The notes beneath the pieces are model-generated. The model saw nothing but the letters and a program-made list of their open reading frames with translations. It ran no database searches and was not told where the DNA came from. Made by a program: the position numbers and the translations under genes. 64,000 nucleotides of DNA from an uncultured bacterium (GTDB lineage: Bacteria > Cyanobacteriota > Cyanobacteriia > CAZCXK01). This document shows, one piece after another, positions 36,062-46,585 of the stretch. The stretch spans positions 19,476-83,475 of the forward strand of contig CAZCXK010000003.1 in NCBI GenBank assembly GCA_964502605.1, written 5' to 3'. Within the stretch, counting starts at the first letter, position 1. Every line of letters starts with the position of its first letter.

Positions 36062-39000
36062 CTATGAGTCAGCAACCTCTGGAGTTACCAATACCTCACC
36101 TCGGAGCATTCGCTGAGCCGCATCTAGCAGCGCTTCTTCCAAATAGGGTTTCGTGAAATACCCCTTTGCACCCAACTGCACCGCCATTTGACGGTGCCGA
36201 TCGGCACCGCGCGATGTCAGCATGGCCACAGGTAAATCACTCAGATGAGGATCTTTTTGAATCCGAGAGAGCAGCTCCAGACCATCCATTCTGGGCATTT
36301 CAATATCACAGAACACAAGCTGACAGGGCAATCCCGATCGCAGTTTCTCCCAGGCTTCTTGACCGTCACGCGCTTGTTCAACGCGATATCCCACCTTAGT
36401 AAAGGTCATCGACAGCAACTCTCGCACCGTAATGGAATCATCCACAATGAGCACAGTGGGTTCACTCTTGGTGCCGGGAGTTTCTGCCGGGGGTTGGCTG
36501 TAGTCTTTTTCCCAAAGAGAACTGCCTGCTTCGCGGCGGAGGCGGCCCATTGACAGATCAATTAGCTCTAAAACATCGGCGATCGGCATAATGCGCCCAT
36601 CACCTAATACAGTGGCACCGGCAATGCCAATTGGCTTGGGCACTGGAGGTTCAAGCTGCTTGATCACAATTTCCTGTTCTCCCAGCACCTGATCGACTTG
36701 CAACGCCAGAAAGTTGCCCGCACTTCTCAACACAATGACAGAAACAATATCGTCTTCCTGATTGCCGCCATAGACGCTACCCCGTCCCAAGACACGGTTA
36801 TAGCGCAGTAAGTCAGCCAGCGGATGAAAAGGCAGCAGGATATCGCGCCACAAAATGCATGAGCGGCCTTGATCATCCGTTTGAATCCGCTCTTTGGGCA
36901 CGTCGAGCATGTCTTCGACTCCATCCATCGGGAACGCGATGCGAGCGCGATTGCTGACGCAGAGTAGCGCCTTAGAGATGCTGAGCGTTAATGGTAGTCG
37001 AATCGTAAACGTGGTGCCCTTCCCGACGCTGGAATCAATGTTGATGACACCCCGAATTTCATTCAAACTCGTGCGCACAACATCCATACCAACACCCCGC
37101 CCAGAGAAGTCGTCTGCCTTGTCTTTCGTGCTAAATCCATGATGGAACAGCAGATCGTAAATATCAAGTTGCGAGAGGGTTCGAGCTTCTTCTGGCGTAA
37201 TCAGGCCACGTGCAACGGCCTTTTGCGTCACCAAGTCTGAGTCAATGCCTGCCCCATCATCGGTGACAGAGATGACAGTTTGGTTGCCTTGGTGGAAGGT
37301 ACGAATCGTAATTTTGCCAGTGGGAGGCTTGCCCGATGCCAGACGTACCTCAGGGGGCTCAATGCCGTGAGTAATCGCATTGTTAACCAGGTGAGTCATT
37401 GGGTCATAAAGCTGCTCTAAGATCATCTTGTCAATCAGCGTGTCACGACCTTCGATGACTAACTCAGCCTGCTTACCACACTTAATCGAAATGTCTCGTA
37501 CAGCTCGAGGTAGACGGTCAGCGGCTTGACCGAATGGCACCATTCGTGATCGCGTCAGACCTTCTTGCAGCTGTGTTGTGACCTGACGAAACATGCGAGT
37601 GATTTGGTCATTTTCGTCAACTACAAAGTCAATGTCAGAGGCAGACTCTCGCACTCGAACAATCAGCTCAATCATTTCTTGTGAGAGCGTATGGAATCCA
37701 GTAAATCGATCCATCTCTAGAGCGTCAAAGCTAGCACCCGTCGAGTGCATACCCTGGCTAGGAATGTTGTGCAGATGGGACGACAGGTGATAGCTGCGCC
37801 GATTGGATAGCAGAGAACTCTCGAGGAGCGATCGCTCGTAAAGATCTCGCATGCGTTGCCCGACATCGCTCAACTGCTGCACTTGGTAAAGCAAGTTATC
37901 TAGAAACTGGCGCAACCGTTCCTGAGTTTGTTCAAGGCTATTGCGGTTGACCACCAACTCCCCGACCAAGTTGTTGAGGTTGTCAAGATGTTTAACCGAT
38001 ACACGCATTGTCTGGTCTGTCAGCACGCCTCGCCGCCCAGTTCGGCGGGCAGCAGGAGCCGAACTCCGACGACTCGTTAAGTTCGTTGGGGGGCCTCCTA
38101 AGGTTTTATCTGCATCTGCCAGTAGCCGTTCTAGATCATCAAACTCGTCTTCTCCGTGTTCTTCCTCAATCAGAGGGAGGCTGTCCAAGCCTGTCAGATC
38201 GACTAAATCAGAGTCATCGGCAGCAAACTCATTATCGAGTAGCGTCTCTAAATCGACAGCGGCGTCCTCTAGTTCGAAGGAGACGATATCAGCTTGAGGG
38301 GGGGCAGGCTCGGGAGTCTCGCCGTAAGACCCAAGCAACGCATCTAAATCTGCCAACTCGCTGCTCAAATTTGTGAATTCATTCCCTAAATCCGCTGTGG
38401 GGTCTGAGATAGGGTCAGAAGTCGTTGTTTCAGATGCTTCTGGCTCTGCGGCTCCCAACAGGGCATCTAAATCATCAAAAGCATCTATGTCATGAACTGG
38501 ATCAGATGTGGCTGTTTCAGGCATTGCAGATGATTCAAGAGGTTCTGCAGAAAAATCTGATGTGAGATCAGAGTCAGAGACCTGATCGGCCTCAACGTCT
38601 CCAGAATCCAATTCCAGGTCAAAGCCTGATAACTCCTCATTCCTAAATAACTCATCAGTTAAGTCGATATCAGCCTCTAACAGGAGATCCTCGGCTTCGG
38701 CATTTGGTTCACGGTCAAATAAGGCATTCAAATCATCAGCGGATGGGGAGGTCATCCGATCAGAGCTTCGATCGGAGCTTCGATCGGATGAAGATGCCGG
38801 GATTTCAGGTTCTGGTATCTTCAGATCATCGTCTGCGACAGCAGCAGCAGGACGAGATTCTTCAGGATCATGAATAGTAGATTCTGGGGCAATTTCTGGG
38901 GCAGTTTCTGGAATCAGTTGGGCACTGACCGCAGATGGCTCTTGGCTGAGATCTGGCTCTGGCAAGGCCTCAGGCTCGGCTTGTCCAGACTCGTCGATCT

Positions 39001-41302
39001 CCATTGAAGACAAGGCACCATCATCACTGGAGAGCTGCTCCCAGTCGAAATCTAAGTCAGCAAGATCTAAATCGTCCAAGGAAAGGTCTAACTCGGGGGC
39101 AGGATTTAATTCGTCTTCTGATGAGATGCAGTCAAAGGCGCTCTCGCTTGCCTGTGTGTCTAGAGGGCGATCGCCCTCTAAGCTATCCCAGAGGTCAGAG
39201 GTCACATCAGTATCGTCAACCTCAGATGCTGCGAACTCAGACGCTGCAACTTCAAAACTATCAAAAGCACTCTCATCAAAAGTTATACTCTCATCAGCCG
39301 TTGCAGACTGCTGATCCGGAGCCTCTAACTCGGAATTTACCTCAACAAATACCTCTCCACTCTCTGAGGGGTCTGGCTCTAACGCATCGAATGCTAGGTC
39401 ATCTAGCAGAGCGTCTGACAACTCCACTGGCTCTGGAGAAGTAGACTCATTGAAACTAGCCTCAGGCGTATCTGAGATCTCATTCAACAACGCATCAAAA
39501 TCATCGAGTTCGGGGTCGGCATTAAGTTCAACATCAGCACCTCCTGCGTTACCTCCCAGATTGGGAGTAGGCGCATCGACCTCTAGAACTTCCGGATCAG
39601 GCTGATCAAACCCCGACTGGGGATCGTTAAATTCGGAGAAAAACTCACCTAAACGATCAATATCCTCAGGGTCTGGGAGCGACTCCAGTGACATATCAGC
39701 AAAACTATCTCCTAGATTCTGAGTGGCAACGCTATCTAACTCAGTATCCAGTGTCTCTGAAATCGCAGGATCTAAAACAGAGTCCAGCGAATCGACCAAT
39801 TCATCTAGAGCAGCCAAATCCGTAAGCTCATTAGAGGTTGCCTCAGTATGATTGGCTTCAAATTCTGAATTGTTTAGCAACCCAGAGAGGTCATCATCAA
39901 TATCAGATTCGCTGGCAAAAAAGGGCTCCGCCCTATCATTGTCAAACAGCAGATCAGAAAAATCGTTGGATTCATCAAACTCCAAAGAATCCGCCCCGCC
40001 TTCACCGCTTTGCCCGATGGCATCATCGTCTTGCCAAGTCATATCCAGATCAGGCACTTCGCTTTCAAACAAGTCAGCCAGACTGTTAAGCTCCGCCATG
40101 CCGACTTCTGGACCTGACTGGCTAATCGGATGAGGCGTCGGAGTAGAGGGCTGGACGTCAGCATCGGAGGCAAAGAAATCGACAAACTGTGCGTTGTCGG
40201 GCGATTCATCAAGGGAGAATGTCGTGGCACTGTCAGTTAAGGAGAGGGCATCTGTAGACTCTGCCGGTGTGACTGGCTGAGAGGTCGCATCTAAGGCCGT
40301 TAGCCATGCCTCATCAAAATCATCTCCCTCGGCTGAGGGTAAGTCGGTCGCGACGTCAATATCAAGATCTGAAACTCCGCTGATCCAATCGTCATCAGCC
40401 ATCAGGCGATCGAAGTCAAAATCATCCAAATTGCCGCCCGAAGCTGCCGCGACTGGCAATAGGGCAAGAAGCACGTCGCTCGCTTGAATTGCGTCAAATC
40501 GTTCGGCTAAGACGAGTTCTTGAGCCTGTTTGATATCTTTGATGACTATGGGAGCCAGCACCCGAAAACTGTTATCAGAATGGGCGATCGCCTGTTGGGT
40601 TATTTGGATCAGATTAACCCAACTGCTAATCTGAAGCAGCTCCCCCCCCTGCACGAGCTGTTGGCAAATTGCATGTAGTTCTGATCGGCTAGTAGGCTGC
40701 TCGGGCTGCTTAAACACATGGAGCATTGCCCGTAAATGAGTCGGCACCTCAGTTAAGAAGAATGGCCGCCATGGATGACTAGCAGAAGCCGCAGCCTGAT
40801 TGGCAATTGCTTCCTGAGGAATAGACAGATCAACATCTGAGGGCAGAGTTTTGCCCCCTTGTGCCACTAGCACCGCTAAATGCTGATTGAGATCATTAAA
40901 GACAGGCTCAACGTCTGCCATAATTTCACGGGCCTTGTCGTCGGGCAACCCAAATGGCCCTTGCAGTTGTTCTAACAGGTCTTGCAGGGTATCAAAGACC
41001 CGCAGCAGAAACGTCTCTAATTTCTGATCGACTTGCAGCGGACACTCTTTCAAGACTTTGAAATAATCTTCTAGCCGATGGGATGTTTGCTGGATACTGT
41101 CAAGCCCCAGCATTGCAGCACCGCCTTTGACAGAGTGGGCAGCCCGAAAGACTTCGCTAATCATTTCTGAGTCTTCAATGGTGCGCTGCAAGTCTAGCAA
41201 ACCCTGCTCAATCGTACTGAGGTGGTCTTTTGCCTCCTCAATGAAGTAACCCATGATTCGCTGTTGTTGTTCTGACTGCATCACGGTTCCCCCCTTCTGC
41301 AT
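36062..41302 (-). CDS. pilL: Hybrid CheA-type histidine kinase (Hpt, long acidic disordered linker, dimerisation/HATPase, CheW-like domain and C-terminal receiver); PilL/HmpE-type kinase of the pilus-motility chemosensory system
   Basis: Hpt motif HSVKGGAAMLGL near the N-terminus. A linker of about 700 aa is extremely D/E/S-rich. The HATPase has the G1/G2 boxes (DDGAGID, GRGVGMDVV). A CheW-like domain follows, and the C-terminal REC domain has DD...D (LIVDDSITVRELL...FCDIEMPRMDGLELL...K). ATG at 41302 (MQKGG) was chosen; the six-frame ORF starts with TTG at 41335. Confidence 0.8.
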   Translation of the reverse strand: MQKGGTVMQSEQQQRIMGYFIEEAKDHLSTIEQGLLDLQRTIEDSEMISEVFRAAHSVKGGAAMLGLDSIQQTSHRLEDYFKVLKECPLQVDQKLETFLLRVFDTLQDLLEQLQGPFGLPDDKAREIMADVEPVFNDLNQHLAVLVAQGGKTLPSDVDLSIPQEAIANQAAASASHPWRPFFLTEVPTHLRAMLHVFKQPEQPTSRSELHAICQQLVQGGELLQISSWVNLIQITQQAIAHSDNSFRVLAPIVIKDIKQAQELVLAERFDAIQASDVLLALLPVAAASGGNLDDFDFDRLMADDDWISGVSDLDIDVATDLPSAEGDDFDEAWLTALDATSQPVTPAESTDALSLTDSATTFSLDESPDNAQFVDFFASDADVQPSTPTPHPISQSGPEVGMAELNSLADLFESEVPDLDMTWQDDDAIGQSGEGGADSLEFDESNDFSDLLFDNDRAEPFFASESDIDDDLSGLLNNSEFEANHTEATSNELTDLAALDELVDSLDSVLDPAISETLDTELDSVATQNLGDSFADMSLESLPDPEDIDRLGEFFSEFNDPQSGFDQPDPEVLEVDAPTPNLGGNAGGADVELNADPELDDFDALLNEISDTPEASFNESTSPEPVELSDALLDDLAFDALEPDPSESGEVFVEVNSELEAPDQQSATADESITFDESAFDSFEVAASEFAASEVDDTDVTSDLWDSLEGDRPLDTQASESAFDCISSEDELNPAPELDLSLDDLDLADLDFDWEQLSSDDGALSSMEIDESGQAEPEALPEPDLSQEPSAVSAQLIPETAPEIAPESTIHDPEESRPAAAVADDDLKIPEPEIPASSSDRSSDRSSDRMTSPSADDLNALFDREPNAEAEDLLLEADIDLTDELFRNEELSGFDLELDSGDVEADQVSDSDLTSDFSAEPLESSAMPETATSDPVHDIDAFDDLDALLGAAEPEASETTTSDPISDPTADLGNEFTNLSSELADLDALLGSYGETPEPAPPQADIVSFELEDAAVDLETLLDNEFAADDSDLVDLTGLDSLPLIEEEHGEDEFDDLERLLADADKTLGGPPTNLTSRRSSAPAARRTGRRGVLTDQTMRVSVKHLDNLNNLVGELVVNRNSLEQTQERLRQFLDNLLYQVQQLSDVGQRMRDLYERSLLESSLLSNRRSYHLSSHLHNIPSQGMHSTGASFDALEMDRFTGFHTLSQEMIELIVRVRESASDIDFVVDENDQITRMFRQVTTQLQEGLTRSRMVPFGQAADRLPRAVRDISIKCGKQAELVIEGRDTLIDKMILEQLYDPMTHLVNNAITHGIEPPEVRLASGKPPTGKITIRTFHQGNQTVISVTDDGAGIDSDLVTQKAVARGLITPEEARTLSQLDIYDLLFHHGFSTKDKADDFSGRGVGMDVVRTSLNEIRGVINIDSSVGKGTTFTIRLPLTLSISKALLCVSNRARIAFPMDGVEDMLDVPKERIQTDDQGRSCILWRDILLPFHPLADLLRYNRVLGRGSVYGGNQEDDIVSVIVLRSAGNFLALQVDQVLGEQEIVIKQLEPPVPKPIGIAGATVLGDGRIMPIADVLELIDLSMGRLRREAGSSLWEKDYSQPPAETPGTKSEPTVLIVDDSITVRELLSMTFTKVGYRVEQARDGQEAWEKLRSGLPCQLVFCDIEMPRMDGLELLSRIQKDPHLSDLPVAMLTSRGADRHRQMAVQLGAKGYFTKPYLEEALLDAAQRMLRGEVLVTPEVADS

Positions 41303-41368
41303 GCTCTGGGCGATCGCCCAACGACTATAGTTCAAACATTACCCACATCTCGAACTCAAGCAAGCACA

Positions 41369-44233
41369 TCACGGGTTTTCTGATTGCTCTACCTTAAACC
41401 GCTCAACAGAATTCAGTAGGTCGCGGGCAACCCCCACAAGGCTCTGGAGTGACCCAGACACCCGCTGAGCTTCTTGAGACGTCTCTTGAGCCGTTAATTC
41501 AACAGATTGCATCACTTGAGCCACAGCGCGAGACGTTTCGGTCTGCTCAACTGTATCAGCAGTAATCGATCGCACGAGCACGTCAATGCGATTTGACACT
41601 TGAATGATGTCTTCGAGCGATCGCTTGGCCTGTTCTGCCAACCGGGTGCCTTCAATTACCTGTTGCGTCCCTTCTTCCATTGCGGTCATCACAGATCCCG
41701 TTTCACTTTGGATTTGCAACACAATCTGCTCGATTTCTTTTGATGCTTTTGCAGCTCGATCGGCCAACTGGCGCACCTCATCAGCTACGATCGCAAACCC
41801 CCGTCCGGCTTCTCCAGCCCGTGCCGCCTCGATGCTGGCGTTCAGCGCCAGCAAGTTGGTGCGCGAAGCAATTTGGGAAATTAAGGCGACGATTTTAGAA
41901 ATTTCTTGTGACGACTCAGCCAACCGCTTAACCTTACGAGTCGTTTCTGCCACTGTTTCTCGAATTTCCAAAATACCCGATACCGTTCGTTCGACGGCTT
42001 CTCCTCCCTTGAGGGCAGTTGCAGAGGCCGACCGCGCCACCTCTTCGGCCTCGCGCGCGCTTTCGGCCACCCGCTGGATCGAGTTGGTCATTACCTGCAC
42101 TGAGTTAAGGGTGACAGCCAGTTCTTCAGCTTGGCGCAGGGCATCTGACGAGAGCGATCGCGCAAAAATCTCATTTTCTGCTGACCCTTTGCTCACTTGG
42201 CGAGCAGCCTGCTTGACCTGTAAAACGATTTCACGCAGATTTTGAATCGTCAGGTTAAAGGAGTCAGCCACCGCACCCAACACATCAGCCGTCACCTCAG
42301 CTTGAACAGTCAAGTCACCCCGCGCTGCGCCTTCCACATCATCTAAGAGTCGAATCACCTGCCGCTGGAGATCTTCTTTGGCCTGCTCCTGCTCTTCAGC
42401 CTTGCGCTGCGCCTCACTCGTCGTCGTTAAGATCACCCGCGCCATCTGGTTGAACTCATTAGACAGTTGCCCAAACTCATCTTCTGAAAAGACACTGGCA
42501 CGGGCGTTGAGGTTACCTCGCGTCACCGATGCAAACTGGGCATGCAGATCAGCCGTTGTCTTTTGCAACGGTCGGAACGCGACTCCTCCCATGGCTAATG
42601 AGGTGCCAAAGCCTGCCACTCCAGCCGCGATCGCCATGATGCCCCCCGTAGTCGCGACCACACTCTTTTGCTCCTGGTTGGCAGTAAAGAAGTTGGCAGA
42701 CCCATAACTCACAACCGCCACGGCGATCGCCGAAACGACACCCGTCACGCCAGCAATCACAAGTTTTTTGGCTCCCAACGAAGCATTTTCCAACGGAGCC
42801 AGCCATCCCTGCTCGACCGTCACCTCAGGCTCACTACTGCGAATATCAGACTGGGCAAACGTGGGGAGCTGATCCGCCGTTCCAGCGATACTAAAAATTT
42901 CGTCTTCCCGAATCACAGACTGGTCAACAAATTCATCCGTATCAAACCCGACGTCATCGGTTGGAATCGCCCCCCCACTCGAATGGGTAAAGCCCGATGA
43001 GCCCACTGTCGGGCTCGTGAAACCCGCAGAGTTGTCAGACAAGTCAAAATCTGGCAAGCTGCCAAGATCGTCAAACTCGTCAAATTCATCTAGAAAATCA
43101 ACACTACTTTGATCCGTCGGGTTAGACCCTCTTGCCTCTGGATAAAGATGCTCTTCACTCGTTGAAAAGCCATCACCGTCAATATCGTCAAAGCGATCAA
43201 AATCAAACTCTGAGCTATTACCAGAGACAAACGTCTGCTCTCCAGGATCAGAATAGCCATAGGCAGGCCTAGAGTCTTCGACATAACGCGACGACGCATC
43301 GACATCGGCACGAGGATACTCGCCATAATCCTCTGGATAAGTCTGTTGAGGAGACCCATAGCCATCTGGATATGCATCCGCCTCATCTGCCCCCATAAAT
43401 AGAGTCTCCTCGTCTCCTCGATGGGAGTGAGCAACGGGAGGATGTGCAGAAGAAGCAGACTCTTCACCCAACGACAGGTCAGCAAACGTTGCATCTCCTA
43501 GATCTGACACAGAGGCATCAGCATGCCCATAGCCACCATCCCTTTCTCTCTCATTCAGGGTCGCATTGCCTCTAGACTGGTCGTCATCAAAGGACGGTTC
43601 AAACGAAAACGGGTCTTCAAACGTGTCAGACGACTGCGCCGGGATCGGGTTGATCGGCTCGGCAACTGCCTCTGCCACTTCGTCAGCCGCAAATGGATCC
43701 GCAAACTCGTCATCAAACGGCGAATCCTGATTAAAAGTTGAGGCCAGCGAAGGATTTAACCCATGGCTGGTAACACTGTCTGCCGATGAATCCAGGTCAA
43801 GATCGGCAAAGTTAAAATCATCCCCAAAATCTGCGTTAGCCAAATCGTCCCATTTAGGATCAGCAGAACTAGGCGTACCATGATTGGCCTCAGCCTGAAC
43901 CCCAGTTAACTCCGCATAGTCAAACTCACCCTCGTATGCTGGCGAGTCTGGGTTCCCATGAAACTGACTGGCATAGGCAAGGCCATTATTGGCGTAGTCT
44001 ACATATTCCGGGTCAGAGGTCATATTCAGAACAGATTGATATTGCTCACTGGCAATGTCGTATCTCTGAAGGCCATAGCAGTAAATATGCCCTCTTAACA
44101 GTTGCACGTTGAGATCGGCAGGATTACTTTCCCGTAACCGATCAACAATTTGTGCTGCCTCTTCATAGTTGCCGAGCATGTAGGCCCGTTCAGCCTGTTG
44201 ATATTCTTGCGCGTAGTCCGTACCTGGTCCCAT
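41369..44233 (-). CDS. pilJ: Methyl-accepting chemotaxis protein (N-terminal TPR-like segment, acidic disordered region, 2 TM, HAMP, MCP signalling domain); PilJ/HmpD type
   Basis: A HAMP region ([11 protein letters not shown]...FNQMA) and the highly conserved MCP signalling segment [31 protein letters not shown]. Two hydrophobic helices lie around aa 490-550. Confidence 0.8.
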   Translation of the reverse strand: MGPGTDYAQEYQQAERAYMLGNYEEAAQIVDRLRESNPADLNVQLLRGHIYCYGLQRYDIASEQYQSVLNMTSDPEYVDYANNGLAYASQFHGNPDSPAYEGEFDYAELTGVQAEANHGTPSSADPKWDDLANADFGDDFNFADLDLDSSADSVTSHGLNPSLASTFNQDSPFDDEFADPFAADEVAEAVAEPINPIPAQSSDTFEDPFSFEPSFDDDQSRGNATLNERERDGGYGHADASVSDLGDATFADLSLGEESASSAHPPVAHSHRGDEETLFMGADEADAYPDGYGSPQQTYPEDYGEYPRADVDASSRYVEDSRPAYGYSDPGEQTFVSGNSSEFDFDRFDDIDGDGFSTSEEHLYPEARGSNPTDQSSVDFLDEFDEFDDLGSLPDFDLSDNSAGFTSPTVGSSGFTHSSGGAIPTDDVGFDTDEFVDQSVIREDEIFSIAGTADQLPTFAQSDIRSSEPEVTVEQGWLAPLENASLGAKKLVIAGVTGVVSAIAVAVVSYGSANFFTANQEQKSVVATTGGIMAIAAGVAGFGTSLAMGGVAFRPLQKTTADLHAQFASVTRGNLNARASVFSEDEFGQLSNEFNQMARVILTTTSEAQRKAEEQEQAKEDLQRQVIRLLDDVEGAARGDLTVQAEVTADVLGAVADSFNLTIQNLREIVLQVKQAARQVSKGSAENEIFARSLSSDALRQAEELAVTLNSVQVMTNSIQRVAESAREAEEVARSASATALKGGEAVERTVSGILEIRETVAETTRKVKRLAESSQEISKIVALISQIASRTNLLALNASIEAARAGEAGRGFAIVADEVRQLADRAAKASKEIEQIVLQIQSETGSVMTAMEEGTQQVIEGTRLAEQAKRSLEDIIQVSNRIDVLVRSITADTVEQTETSRAVAQVMQSVELTAQETSQEAQRVSGSLQSLVGVARDLLNSVERFKVEQSENP

Positions 44234-44276
44234 TTGCTATCTCCCGCCTGTGCGAGTGTTCAATCGAGGTATACAG

Positions 44277-44807
44277 TTATGCTGCCCATCGGGCTGATCG
44301 CAGAATTGAAACTTGGTCGAGTAGGCGAAGGTAGCGATCAGACGGGGGGTCTGCTGGCCACTCTCCTCTGATGAAGGGAGCCATCCCGTCGGGCATATTG
44401 CTTGGCATTTGCACATCATCGACATCTAGCCAGTCCATCCCAACAATGCGATCGACTGCCAAGCCTAACATCATGTCTTGATCTTCGACTGCAATCACTG
44501 GAATCTCAGCCCGATCGGTGCCCAACTGATTAAGATCGCCCAAAAATTGACCTAAATCTGCGACCCAAATCACGCGACCTCGAACATTGAGCGTGCCCAA
44601 GAGCAGAGGTGAAATATTGGGAATGGGGGTAATCCGTTCTGGAGGTGGCGAAATGACTTCTCGAATCCCAGTTGCAGGAAGAGCAAATTCTTCATCAGAC
44701 GAGGTGAAGAATCTCAGGTGCAGCTCACCTTCAGGGCTTTCTAGCTCCTGAAATTCAGGCACCTGCTCTTGCCCTTTATTCGTTAGAAAATCTGGATTAC
44801 CGACCAT
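44277..44807 (-). CDS. pilI: CheW-like coupling protein (PilI/HmpC type)
   Basis: 176 aa with the CheW-fold pattern (FALPATGIREVI...VRGRVIWVADLGQFLG...IAVEDQDMMLGLAVDRIVGM). Positioned between the MCP and CheY genes. Confidence 0.7.
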   Translation of the reverse strand: MVGNPDFLTNKGQEQVPEFQELESPEGELHLRFFTSSDEEFALPATGIREVISPPPERITPIPNISPLLLGTLNVRGRVIWVADLGQFLGDLNQLGTDRAEIPVIAVEDQDMMLGLAVDRIVGMDWLDVDDVQMPSNMPDGMAPFIRGEWPADPPSDRYLRLLDQVSILRSARWAA

Positions 44808-44830
44808 TACATCTAACCTTACTCACAACC

Positions 44831-45196
44831 TTATCCACGTAGTAGCTGCTTTACAGTTCCAACCAATTCAGTCGGTTGGAATGGTTTTGCAATGTATGCA
44901 TCCGCCCCTTGTTTCATGCCCCAGTAGCGATCGAACTCTTCTCCCTTAGACGAGCACATGACCACAGGCACGTTCTGGGTTTTGGGATCAGCCTTTAGCC
45001 TGCGACACACCTCATAGCCGTTCATTCTAGGCATTACAATGTCTAATATGACAAGATCAGGACAGTGACCTTTGATTTGTTCGAGCGCATCGACGCCATC
45101 ACTTGCTACTGTCACGTCGAGACCGCTGCATTTGAGGAGGTCTGTAATCATTTCCCGTTGGGTCACGCTATCTTCTACTACTAGAACTGTACTCAT
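44831..45196 (-). CDS. pilH: CheY-like single-domain response regulator (PilH/HmpB type)
   Basis: 121 aa with VLVVEDS, DLVILDIVMPRMNGYEV and the conserved Lys in YIAKPF. Confidence 0.85.
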   Translation of the reverse strand: MSTVLVVEDSVTQREMITDLLKCSGLDVTVASDGVDALEQIKGHCPDLVILDIVMPRMNGYEVCRRLKADPKTQNVPVVMCSSKGEEFDRYWGMKQGADAYIAKPFQPTELVGTVKQLLRG

Positions 45197-45265
45197 AACT
45201 GCCTACCTGTTAACCGTCCAAGGAAACGGGAAAGATGCTTGCCACTCATCCTCATGATTGTAGAG

Positions 45266-46585
45266 TCAGGATAGGATACTTTGCGATGCCCCGCTGTAAG
45301 ACTCGAATGGGATCGGCGTTGAGTCGGGGATATCAATTTCTAACTCATCTTCGAGTGCTTCTGCCAGTAGTTTGCTGGATCGAGTGGACTGTTGAGACGT
45401 ATCGAGGTGGCCTTGACCAATATATTTCTCTACTAATGTAAGCAATTCTTGCTCTCCAAAGGGTTTTGTTAAGTAGTCCGTGGCACCGACAATGCGGGCT
45501 TTGATGCGATCGATGAACCCATCTTTGCCTGTTAGCATAATGATAGGGGTCTGACGAAACGTTTTTGATTGCCGCAGCATGGCACAAATTTCGTAGCCAT
45601 CAAGTTCTGGCATGGCAATATCGCAGAGAATCAGATCTGGCTTGATTTTGAAAGCTAAGCTGAAGGTGTCTAACGGATTAGCGATCGCGGTGATCTGATA
45701 TCCACGATGATTCAAAATATATTCAACGGCCTTCCGAATCGTGACTCCATCATCAACGCAAATTATCGTCTTCAGGGCATTGGAGGCAGCAGCAGGGTGA
45801 TGAGTGGCCTGTAAACCCATTAAATTATTTGTTGGAGAATAAATTTGCACCAGCCCTTGCTGAACGTAGGGATAGAGTGCTCTGGCAATGGTTAAGATAT
45901 CTCGATTGAGATATCGAGCCATTTGTCTAATGGACGTTTTGCCATCAACCCAGCGCTCTAGTGCGTTAAATGTGCTCTCCTTGAGGCTCTCGCGCAGAGG
46001 ATCAGGATTAGCGATCGCCGGACAGTGATCTGGAGATTTGAGGTGGGGATGAAGCTGCTTCCATTCCTGGATTTGCTTCATAATAGTGCTGACTAGGGAG
46101 CTGATTTCAAGTGTGGTGAGCTGGGGCACAAGGGGTGGGCTAATCTCGAAGGTAAACGCCCCTTGATGCAGGCTCAGCAGATCAAATAGCGTTTCATGCA
46201 CCATCCCTTGAATTATGGTTCGCACCTGAGCAGGAGTAAGCACATGATTTTCTAACAGAGCCCACAGATGGCCATATTCGGGAGCATTGACAGTGGCAAT
46301 TGATGAGACGCTGATGTCATTGAGGTCGGCATGAAGCTGATACCGTCGGAGATAATCGCGCAGTCGGTCTAAGTTGCCGCTGTTTTCACCCGCATAGATG
46401 ATTTCTCCATTCAGAAAAAAGACAAACCATGACAATCCGCTAGAGGAAAGGCGAGAAGGGCGATCGCGATCTAAAGGTCGCCTAAGAGAGCTATAGGCTT
46501 CTACAAAAAGCTCCCCCGTCCTCTGGCCTAACTCAATGAGCTGCAAAATGCTGCGAATATCGATTTCGTTCAGCTCGCCTTGCAT
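45266..46585 (-). CDS. pilG: PatA-subfamily response regulator (N-terminal PATAN domain plus C-terminal receiver); PilG/HmpA type
   Basis: The C-terminal REC domain has TIICVDDG...LILCDIAMPELDGYEICAMLRQ...IIMLTGKDG...DYLTKPF. The N-terminal roughly 280 aa resemble the PATAN domain found in PatA/PixG/PilG regulators. Confidence 0.7.
   Translation of the reverse strand: MQGELNEIDIRSILQLIELGQRTGELFVEAYSSLRRPLDRDRPSRLSSSGLSWFVFFLNGEIIYAGENSGNLDRLRDYLRRYQLHADLNDISVSSIATVNAPEYGHLWALLENHVLTPAQVRTIIQGMVHETLFDLLSLHQGAFTFEISPPLVPQLTTLEISSLVSTIMKQIQEWKQLHPHLKSPDHCPAIANPDPLRESLKESTFNALERWVDGKTSIRQMARYLNRDILTIARALYPYVQQGLVQIYSPTNNLMGLQATHHPAAASNALKTIICVDDGVTIRKAVEYILNHRGYQITAIANPLDTFSLAFKIKPDLILCDIAMPELDGYEICAMLRQSKTFRQTPIIMLTGKDGFIDRIKARIVGATDYLTKPFGEQELLTLVEKYIGQGHLDTSQQSTRSSKLLAEALEDELEIDIPDSTPIPFESYSGASQSILS

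Noticed and set aside
38760-38800. 12-nt tandem repeat (agcttcgatcgg) in the pilL linker region as a possible mobile or CRISPR-like repeat
   Set aside because: It is in frame within the acidic low-complexity linker (SSDRSSDRSSDR) and contains a HIP1-like GATCGG core. It is an intragenic microsatellite, not a separate element.
41604-42245. 213-aa plus-strand ORF and several other ORFs of 60-150 aa lying inside or opposite the large chemotaxis, NRPS and TPR genes
   Set aside because: These lie antisense or out of frame within strongly supported long genes with clear domain motifs. They are typical high-GC shadow ORFs.
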